This document shows positions 25,708 through 32,000 of a stretch of 32,000 nt of DNA, piece by piece. The first letter of the stretch is position 1; every line of letters begins with the position of its first letter. A program made the position numbers and the translations under genes. The notes under the pieces were generated by a model. The model saw only the letters and a list, made by a program, of their open reading frames with translations, did not search any database and was not told the DNA's origin. Source of the stretch: Candidatus Kuenenia stuttgartensis. GTDB lineage: Bacteria > Planctomycetota > Brocadiia > Brocadiales > Brocadiaceae. The DNA lies in NCBI RefSeq assembly GCF_900232105.1, contig NZ_LT934425.1, positions 1,800,001 to 1,832,000 on the forward strand. The letters run 5' to 3'.

Positions 25708-25766
25708 AGAAGTTAGAAGACAGGAGATAGAAGTACAGAAGGGCATAGTACTATCTGAATAGCTGG
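25708..25766. repeat. Heptanucleotide tandem array, copy 2
   Basis: ACAGAAGTTAGAAGACAGGAGATAGAAGTACAGAAGGGCATAGTACTATCTGAATAGCTG, in direct orientation relative to 23570-23628. Confidence 0.65.
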
Positions 25767-25828
25767 GAGAAAGTAGGGGGTCAAACCTAATCTATTGACA
25801 ATTTTATGTGTTTCGTCCCTAAACGATT

Positions 25829-26272
25829 ATGCATTTAACGGTTTTAATTACAAAGATTATGTTGGAATTGATTAATATTCAGGTAAATCCCTTTACCCCT
25901 ATTATAAATTCCTGTTTAATCTCATTAACAAGTCCTCTCGATTTTGACGGCTCTGTTCTGTATGGCTTGGCATTCTTTAACACTTTCCCATGCCCCATTA
26001 CACGCATAAACGCATGGGTTCAGGATCGGAAAATAATAAAAAAATTTCGTAAAAGAGGCGTATGTTCTTCTGGTCTTAAACATCAGGATTTAAAAGCAAA
26101 AGAAGGCAATAACAGGATTTTTGTGTCCTTCGGCAGCATAACCGTTGATATGGTGGATGAATTCGTAGGCGTTATCCTCGGCGTTTTAATTGGCGTGCCT
26201 GTCTTTGCCGGTGGCATTATACAGACGTCAGCAATCAACGGCAGCGGCAACGGGGATTCGAAAGCCGTGTAG
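25829..26272 (+). CDS. Doubtful hypothetical ORF (147 aa) with no recognisable motifs
   Basis: It is the only long open frame in an AT-rich stretch. It has a hydrophobic C-terminal segment (VGVILGVLIGVPVFAGGII), no obvious ribosome-binding site, and an unconvincing N-terminal half. Confidence 0.2.
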   Translation: MHLTVLITKIMLELINIQVNPFTPIINSCLISLTSPLDFDGSVLYGLAFFNTFPCPITRINAWVQDRKIIKKFRKRGVCSSGLKHQDLKAKEGNNRIFVSFGSITVDMVDEFVGVILGVLIGVPVFAGGIIQTSAINGSGNGDSKAV

Positions 26273-26378
26273 TTGCGTAAGGTGGGCAATTAGTATTTTT
26301 AGCGGGCAATGTCCCATAAGCACTAATCCGAAACTCCTTATTCGTTATTCATTGCACGTTTCAAGTGTCTCGGATATT

Positions 26379-26854
26379 TTACTGTTTACCATACTTACCG
26401 GTTCCAATCTTTACATCCAGGTGTTTATGGCAGTCGGCGCAGGTCTGTCGCAATCGGCCGACTTGCCATAATACATCTTCCAACGTAACAGACTCTCCCT
26501 TATCCCTAAATATACCGTCTATATTTTCAGATGCTGCCAGTATTGCAAAATTAATTTCGTAATATTTATCGTCGTCCGTCCGGGCAAATTTTGTTGTAGC
26601 GGTCTTGCAGAGCGCTGTAAGATTAGCGCTTGCGTCACCGTAAATTTTCCGTTCTTTTTCTATTTCTTCAATAGAAAAGTAGGTGGAAAGCCGTTCCGGA
26701 ACCTTATAATTCCTTCTATTTCAGCCATAAGCACAACCAATTCGCTTTCCCCCTTTTCTACACCTTTTACCGGCGCTCATCCGGCAAAAACATTGAAAAT
26801 AGCGCAGAGCAACATACCTGTCAAACTCACTAAAAACGCCCTTATCAATACCAT
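26379..26854 (-). pseudogene. Decayed class-II (cytochrome c'/c-556-like) monohaem cytochrome c gene
   Basis: A GGAGGAG ribosome-binding site precedes the ATG at 26854, which gives the signal peptide MVLIRAFLVSLTGMLLCAIFNVFAG. An in-frame TGA follows at 26777-26779. Another frame carries a 113-codon stop-free segment with no start codon: ...KVPERLSTYFSIEEIEKERKIYGDASANLTALCKTATTKFARTDDDKYYEINFAILAASENIDGIFRDKGESVTLEDVLWQVGRLRQTCADCHKHL.... It has the C-terminal CxxCH typical of four-helix-bundle cytochromes. A frameshift of one nucleotide is needed somewhere in 26663-26720. Confidence 0.55.
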
Positions 26855-26990
26855 TATCTCCTCCTGCAAACAAAATTATTCACACCCACTTTTACATCAA
26901 GTATAATTTCAGTACATGCCCCGAATTATTATCATACATGTACGGATTTCTATAGGGTAAAGTATCGCCTTTCCTCTCATACCAAAAATA

Positions 26991-27773
26991 CTATAAAGAA
27001 TTACCATATAAAATATTTTTCATTTTTTCCTTAAGTCTGTATGAAAACCTTTTATCTTTTAACATTTTTTCCAAAGGCTCACGGATTTTATCTTTTGGAG
27101 AATGGGATAAAAATTCAAAAATTGCTGTTATCCATTGACGAGTGGTATTGTTTGAGGGTGTATTGTACAATTCGTTAATAATGTAGGGAAGTATTTGCGA
27201 TTTCATATCATCACGTACTAAATGTCTTAAAACTTCCTTTTTCAAATAAACCTCCTCCAACGTTTTGGTAGGAGGTAATTTGCTGAAATATTTTAGTAAT
27301 TCCATAAACGCCTCTTTATTTCCTAAGGAAATCATCCCGCCAAGACTGGATATACCCGCATTCCGGTCTTTTTCTAAAGGACTTTGCAATTGGCGGACAT
27401 ATCTATCTACCGGCATAGTTGCCCAGTTAATGTTCTTTACCTGTTCATATAACAACCATTCCTTAAGTGCTTCAAAATCAAGTTCACCGGTTTCAGATAA
27501 ACGTTTTAGCTCATTACTCAATCCGCTCGTGTTATCCATTTCTATAAATTCCATTTCCTCATAATCTTCACAACCATTACGTTCCCCCGAAAATTTTTTT
27601 GTATCGACTAAATTTTGGCAAGAAGAATAATTGAAGTTCTCCAGTAATTCATCTATAAATGGTTCAAATTCTTTATCATTCAGGCAGATGCCATATTCTG
27701 TATTTCCATCCATACTTGCAGGGAAAAAAACGTTACAGTTAAAACATATTCGTTCCATGATTTCTTTTTTCAT
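26991..27773 (-). CDS. Hypothetical protein (260 aa) with an N-terminal Cys-rich (zinc-ribbon-like) region and a C-terminal HEAT/ARM-like helical repeat region
   Basis: Cys residues at positions 10, 13, 30, 52 and 68 (RICFNCN...YGICLND...SSCQ...GCEDYE). The C-terminal half (RYVRQLQSPLEKDRNAGISSLGGMISLGNKEAFMELLKYF...) looks HEAT-like. I recognise no family. Confidence 0.7.
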   Translation of the reverse strand: MKKEIMERICFNCNVFFPASMDGNTEYGICLNDKEFEPFIDELLENFNYSSCQNLVDTKKFSGERNGCEDYEEMEFIEMDNTSGLSNELKRLSETGELDFEALKEWLLYEQVKNINWATMPVDRYVRQLQSPLEKDRNAGISSLGGMISLGNKEAFMELLKYFSKLPPTKTLEEVYLKKEVLRHLVRDDMKSQILPYIINELYNTPSNNTTRQWITAIFEFLSHSPKDKIREPLEKMLKDKRFSYRLKEKMKNILYGNSL

Positions 27774-27878
27774 TTTTTATCGCACCTATTTTTTGAAAAA
27801 TGCCCAATACCTTATATAATCTTTTACAATATATCGAAAACAAAACCCACTTTCCTCTTCCAAAAACGGAGGGCTTTA

Positions 27879-28127
27879 GTAACTGTTCAGCGTAAACGAT
27901 ACACGGCTCGTTCCCAAACCTTGTAATGAACATAGTGTAGTATCTGTTTGGGAATGCGTTTGTTCGAGAAACTCCGGTTTCTCGCCTGTTTGCTGATAGA
28001 TAGGGAATAAAATCACAGGGTTAAGACAGTTTGCAATTTGTCAAGTCTGACCCTCATTGGAAACAAAGTTTCCAGTGCAATTGCGTTCTGATCTCCGGTA
28101 GTTTAATAAATTACGCTGAATAGTTAC
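27879..28127. mobile_element. 249-bp MITE with 17-bp terminal inverted repeats and a perfect 8-bp target-site duplication
   Basis: GTAACTGTTCAGCGTAA (27879-27895) pairs with TTACGCTGAATAGTTAC (28111-28127), with one mismatch. The GGGCTTTA direct repeat sits at 27871-27878 and 28128-28135. The interior is a chain of AAAC/GTTT hairpins: TTCCCAAAC..GTTTGGGAA, CGAGAAAC-TCCG-GTTTCTCG, TGGAAAC-AAA-GTTTCCA. There is no ORF. Confidence 0.8.
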
Positions 28128-28310
28128 GGGCTTTATGCAAAAGCAGCTTCGAAATTCAGGGATTATAACCAGAATGATGGCGAAGCGGGTGTATTGCTTT
28201 TGTTATGCTTTCTCGAAGCACATCTGCAAGCACCAGAAATTTCGACTAAACTGGAAATAAAACTTTCATCAAACGATTATGCCAAAGGTTCAGATGCGAT
28301 TCGCTTGCCG

Positions 28311-28714
28311 GTTGAATGTCCTAAAAAAATCTATCGCTTTAAAACCGTAATTTCACTGGACGGATCAGAAAATCAGGGTGCATTTTTTTATTTGCGTCCT
28401 CGGATACCTAATGGCGGCGATTGTGTGGCATCAGGCAAAAGTGCACGCGCAATTTAATGGAACGTTAGATACCCTGTTAGACACCCTTAATAATATAAGG
28501 CTTTCTGTGATACTTGAAGAAACAAAGGCCAGAGGGAGAGTTAAGGCTAACTAAAAATTGTAAGAGTTGATGAATACGTTAGGTATTATGGATTTCCACA
28601 AACATCGACTGAAACTTCAAGGACTCAGTGTATACAATTGATATTGTGCTTAACGCATTGATTGTATTTATGTTACATTGCTACTTCTCTTCTTTTGAGA
28701 TAAACTCACGCTAG
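28311..28714 (+). mobile_element. 3' remnant of a second copy of the IS at 1152-3163, in inverted orientation and non-functional
   Basis: 28337-28714 aligns at roughly 90% identity with the reverse complement of 1152 to about 1560, including the terminal repeat GAGATAAACTCACGCTAG ending at 28714. It carries stop codons (CAA to TAA in KPQFHW) and small deletions. Weaker similarity may extend back to about 28190. Confidence 0.85.
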
Positions 28715-28733
28715 ACAACTCAATTTATCCAGG

Positions 28734-28970
28734 TCAGCCTGAAAAATAAACCAGCAGCGAGTCACGAGTTTTCAGTTGGTAATTGATCTCTATGTCAGCA
28801 AAGAGACCAATTAAAAACACGATGACGGCAGCGAACAGTCCGTCCGTCACTGTCTCAGGAATATTAAAGTCGCGTAAAATAGTGAATTTTCGATTGATGT
28901 GTACGCCAACAAAGAAAACTACAATGCCCATCGTATGAGCGATAAAATCAGGAACCTCAATAGATATCAT
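28734..28970 (-). pseudogene. gltS: Truncated 5' fragment (78 codons) of a sodium/glutamate symporter (GltS-like) gene, cut off next to the IS remnant
   Basis: MISIEVPDFIAHTMGIVVFFVGVHINRKFTILRDFNIPETVTDGLFAAVIVFLI... fits the GltS N-terminal pattern (G..l....L..f.IPepV.gGl). Full-length proteins are about 400 aa. The ORF ends 20 bp from the IS end at 28714. Confidence 0.55.
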
Positions 28971-30448
28971 TCCGTTTTCCCATTGATGGGTTGCTCAGGA
29001 GTCCAGCCTCCCCCCAACGATTTATATAAGCGAACCAGATTGGACATAATCGCTCCCTGGCTGGCAGCTTGTCGATTCTGGGTGCTCAGCAGGGTTCGTT
29101 GCGTATCGAGAACCGTTAGAAAATTGCTTGCTCCCGCTTCATAGCGCGTCTGGGCAATATTTGCTGCTCGTTCAGCTGCTGCAGCCGACTCCACTAGCGA
29201 GCGATAACGAAGTTGCTCCTGGGTAAACGCGGTAATCGCATTTTCTACTTCTTCCAGCGCATTGAGAATACTGGCTTCGTATTGTACCATCGCCTGTTCT
29301 TGCAGTGCATTTTGCACTGCAATTTTTTGCCGGGTACGACCGCCATCAAAAATATTCCATTGCACACTCGGGCCAATACCCCAGGTTCTGCTATCACTTG
29401 CAATGAGGTTTGACGGAGATAAAGACTCGAGGCCGATCGTGCCAGCTAAGGTGAATTTCGGATAAAGCACGGCTGTGGCAACGCCAATCCGTGCCGTTTC
29501 TGCGGCAAGCTGACGCTCGGCACGGCGCACATCAGGCCGTCTGCGCAATGTTTCAGCCGGCACACCAACTGCAATTTGTACGCTGGGCGTGGACATCAGC
29601 CGCAACCCGTCTAACTCTTTATCAACTGTGCCGGGGGTCTGACCAATCAATACGGCGAGACGATTTTTGGCTTGAGTAATAGCCTGGTTTAGACGGGGTA
29701 GTTCGGAGCGTGTAGTTTCTGCATTTGATACCGCACGCTCAAGATCAAGCTCCAACACCGCACCAGCATCGAATTGTGCCTGTACAATTTCTAACGTATC
29801 AAGTTGTACCAATAAGTTTTGCTTGGCAACAGCGTACTGGGCCTGAAAAGTGCGCAACTCAATATAGTTAACAGCCACTTCTGCTAACACCGAAACCAGC
29901 ACATCACGTCGCGCTTCCTGGGCCGCTTGAAAGTCAGCTTCGGCGGCCTCAAGAGCACGGTGCCGGCCACCAAAAATGTCCAGCTCCCAAGCGGCATCAA
30001 AGGAGGAAGAATAAAGTTCAGAGGTTGAACCCGCGCCGGTGTTCTCACTGCTTCCAGTACGAATCGCAAAGCCTTCGGCATCTATCGTTGGAAAGCGAGT
30101 GCTGCCAATGATGCCCCTTTGGGCTCTGGCTTGGCACAATTGTGCTTCCGCTGTTCTGAGATCAAGGTTGGCAGCTATTGCCCTTTCCACAAAACCACTA
30201 AGTACAGGGTCCCCCAGGGATTTCCACCATTGCGAGAGTGTCTCCGGATCGAGTTGTTGCTGGGTCAAACCGCCTTCAAGTTGACCGACCCACGCTTCAG
30301 GTGATGCTCTATCAGGTTTTTTATAATCGGGGCCTACCGTGGTGCAACTGGCCAGCAAAGTAAATAATAATAGCCCTGCAAATCGGCACCTGGGTCTGCA
30401 CTTGGGTCGACACCTAAATCGATTGTTATTCATAAGGTAATCAATCAT
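28967..30448 (-). CDS. RND efflux outer-membrane factor lipoprotein (NodT family)
   Basis: Lipobox LLASC|TTVGPDY, with two OEP/TolC-type repeats. The probable start is the ATG at 30448, which overlaps the permease stop (ATGA). The ORF track extends it to 30559. Confidence 0.9.
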   Translation of the reverse strand: MIDYLMNNNRFRCRPKCRPRCRFAGLLLFTLLASCTTVGPDYKKPDRASPEAWVGQLEGGLTQQQLDPETLSQWWKSLGDPVLSGFVERAIAANLDLRTAEAQLCQARAQRGIIGSTRFPTIDAEGFAIRTGSSENTGAGSTSELYSSSFDAAWELDIFGGRHRALEAAEADFQAAQEARRDVLVSVLAEVAVNYIELRTFQAQYAVAKQNLLVQLDTLEIVQAQFDAGAVLELDLERAVSNAETTRSELPRLNQAITQAKNRLAVLIGQTPGTVDKELDGLRLMSTPSVQIAVGVPAETLRRRPDVRRAERQLAAETARIGVATAVLYPKFTLAGTIGLESLSPSNLIASDSRTWGIGPSVQWNIFDGGRTRQKIAVQNALQEQAMVQYEASILNALEEVENAITAFTQEQLRYRSLVESAAAAERAANIAQTRYEAGASNFLTVLDTQRTLLSTQNRQAASQGAIMSNLVRLYKSLGGGWTPEQPINGKTE

Positions 30449-32000
30449 ATCGCGTGTTCCGTTGCGGTGGCCGGTGCTGCGTCCTTGTAACGAAACATTA
30501 AGCTGTATAAAACAGGCACGAAACCCAGGGTCAGAATAGTACCCATTCCAAGACCGCACATAATGACAATGGCCATGCCATACCAGAACTCGCCACCAAA
30601 TAATGCCAACGGTAATAGTCCCGCAATAGTGGTAATGGTGGTCATGATGATGGGCCGTGCACGGGCTAGTGCCGCTATGGTTACGGCTGCATCAACCACC
30701 AAACCCTCGTCTCGTGCCTGATCAATTCGATCGATCATGACAATACCATTGTTAACAATAATTCCCGCCAAGCTAAACAGGCCCAACATAGCGGTAAAGT
30801 CGAAGAAGGCGCTAAATATCATCAAACCAAAATTGGCACCGATAATAACCAGGGGTATGGTGAGCAGGATAATGGCAGAGCGGCGGAAAGAGTTAAATTG
30901 CAACACCAGCAACAGCATAATCAGGAAGAGGGCATGGGGAGCGTAGCCAAATAGCTTACTGTTAGATTCCTGAGCGCCTTTGATTTCACCTTCCAGCTCT
31001 AACGTATAACCGCTTGGCACCTCGATGGCATTCAATCCTTCTTGCATCGCGGCGTAGAGTTCGATCGCCGTTAAACGCGGGTGTTTGCCAGCGATAGTGA
31101 GGGCGCGTTGCTGGTTATAGCGGCGAATCCGGCTGGCCTCGACGACGCCTTTGAAGTCCGCTATTTGTAATAGCGGTACAGGAACACCAGCGTCAGATAA
31201 TATCTCGACGGTTCTCAAGCGATCCAGATTACCGCGATCATCTGACTGCGCACGAATAGTTACCGGTATGACTTTGTCGTCCTCACGATAACTGGTGATC
31301 TGATAGCCATCAAAGGAGGCGGATAAAGTGCGCGCGATCGCTTCGCTTGTTACGCCGGCACGCCTGGCCCGTTCCTGGTCAATATCTACCACCAATTTAA
31401 ACACCGGGTTTTCCCAGTCACTGCGGATTGTTTGAGCACCGGGCACACTGTAAAAGGCGTCTTTCACCTGCGCTCCCAGCGCTCGCAACACATCCGCATT
31501 GGGGCCCCGCACACGTATTTCGACGGAGCCAAGCGCTCCGTGACCGAGAAACAGGATATCCGCTCTGCCATTGGCCTGCGGCAAATCTTGCTTAATAAAC
31601 TCCTCAACACGCTGCATAACCCTGGCTATTTGATCACTGGTTTGAGTGTTAACCACAAGAAAGGCCTTGTTGGGTTGCGCATCATTGGGGCTTAAAGCCA
31701 GAAAAAATCGGGGTCCACCGGAACCCACATAAGTCAAAATACCGGTGACTTCCGGGTTCTTTCCCTTATCGTTCAAATAGGCCGCTAATTTGTGGCTGGC
31801 AATCAGTGTTTCACTGATATCGGCTTCGGCGGGCAAATCAATATAGACAGTAAACTGGTTACGCTCTGACGGCCCCAGCGATCGCTGTTTAACAAACTTA
31901 AAAACCTGACTCGAAGCAAACAGGCAAATAATCATCAAAACAATGAACGCAACCCGCCATTTAAGTAGGATGCCAAGTAGCTGGCGATAGAACTTGTAAA
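30445..32000 (-). CDS. RND efflux transporter permease (AcrB/HAE1-like), C-terminal half; continues beyond the right edge
   Basis: The frame stays open to position 32000 (...YKFYRQLLGILLKWRVAFIVLMII...). It includes a periplasmic porter-domain sequence and the C-terminal TM bundle (LLLVLQFNSFRRSAIILLTIPLVIIGA...GIIVNNGIVMIDRI...). Confidence 0.9.
   Translation of the reverse strand, partial: YKFYRQLLGILLKWRVAFIVLMIICLFASSQVFKFVKQRSLGPSERNQFTVYIDLPAEADISETLIASHKLAAYLNDKGKNPEVTGILTYVGSGGPRFFLALSPNDAQPNKAFLVVNTQTSDQIARVMQRVEEFIKQDLPQANGRADILFLGHGALGSVEIRVRGPNADVLRALGAQVKDAFYSVPGAQTIRSDWENPVFKLVVDIDQERARRAGVTSEAIARTLSASFDGYQITSYREDDKVIPVTIRAQSDDRGNLDRLRTVEILSDAGVPVPLLQIADFKGVVEASRIRRYNQQRALTIAGKHPRLTAIELYAAMQEGLNAIEVPSGYTLELEGEIKGAQESNSKLFGYAPHALFLIMLLLVLQFNSFRRSAIILLTIPLVIIGANFGLMIFSAFFDFTAMLGLFSLAGIIVNNGIVMIDRIDQARDEGLVVDAAVTIAALARARPIIMTTITTIAGLLPLALFGGEFWYGMAIVIMCGLGMGTILTLGFVPVLYSLMFRYKDAAPATATEHAI

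Noticed and set aside
26777-26779. The in-frame TGA in the cytochrome gene as a possible selenocysteine or recoding site
   Set aside because: It lies at the signal-peptide/mature junction, not at a redox-active position. The gene additionally needs a frameshift, and I saw no SECIS-like hairpin immediately downstream. A pseudogene or sequencing error is more parsimonious.
28194-28457. 87-aa ORF that looks like a small gene next to the MITE
   Set aside because: Its 3' half is an out-of-frame reading of the IS remnant, which is homologous at DNA level to 1400-1560. It is therefore a by-product of transposase decay.
1-32000. Scan for tRNA, rRNA, tmRNA, RNase P or riboswitch signatures in all intergenic regions
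   Set aside because: I saw no T-loop GGTTCGAAT-type motif, no conserved RNase P, tmRNA or SRP blocks, and no recognisable riboswitch core. The structured intergenic DNA is better explained by repeat families.

Overview
This window is a mosaic, repeat-rich, accessory-type region. Reading right to left on the minus strand, it contains the following. (1) The 3' half of an RND efflux permease (30445 to beyond 32000), a NodT-type outer-membrane lipoprotein and a truncated gltS-like fragment, joined by ATGA stop/start overlaps. (2) A 3' remnant of an IS1634-like element (about 28311-28714). (3) A 249-bp MITE with a perfect 8-bp target-site duplication (TSD). (4) An orphan Cys-rich/HEAT-like protein and a decayed class-II cytochrome c gene. 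(5) An intact IS1634-like element with a perfect 6-bp TSD (23734-25586), sitting about 190 bp upstream of a 1576-aa secreted giant protein with a seven-bladed SBBP beta-propeller and Ig-like domains (18815-23545). (6) A futalosine-pathway radical-SAM gene, an OYE/2,4-dienoyl-CoA-reductase-like flavoprotein and an MBL hydrolase. (7) A di-haem cytochrome c peroxidase on the plus strand. (8) An HDOD-GGDEF cyclase. (9) About 960 bp of non-coding repeats. (10) An ECF sigma factor plus a transmembrane Ser/Thr kinase-TPR pair on the plus strand. (11) Three small secreted proteins. (12) An intact 2012-bp IS1634-like element (1152-3163). (13) At the left edge, a stop-free 383-codon minus-strand frame that is absent from the ORF track. 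It encodes the N-terminal part of a large helicase-family protein whose 5' end is cut by that IS. I saw no rRNA, tRNA or CRISPR array. Gene content and the dense hairpin and heptamer repeats are reminiscent of Planctomycetota-like environmental bacteria, but the taxon cannot be proven from this sequence. I did not find a clean, complete, obviously novel multi-gene system. The best leads are: the two inverted IS copies bracketing about 25 kb with truncated genes at both outer junctions; the ECF sigma/kinase pair next to a trio of secreted proteins that share an unrecognised two-Cys domain; an intergenic-type repeat cluster carried in frame inside the giant surface protein; and several well-delimited mobile elements. 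All family calls come from motif recognition by eye. No database search or computation was possible.
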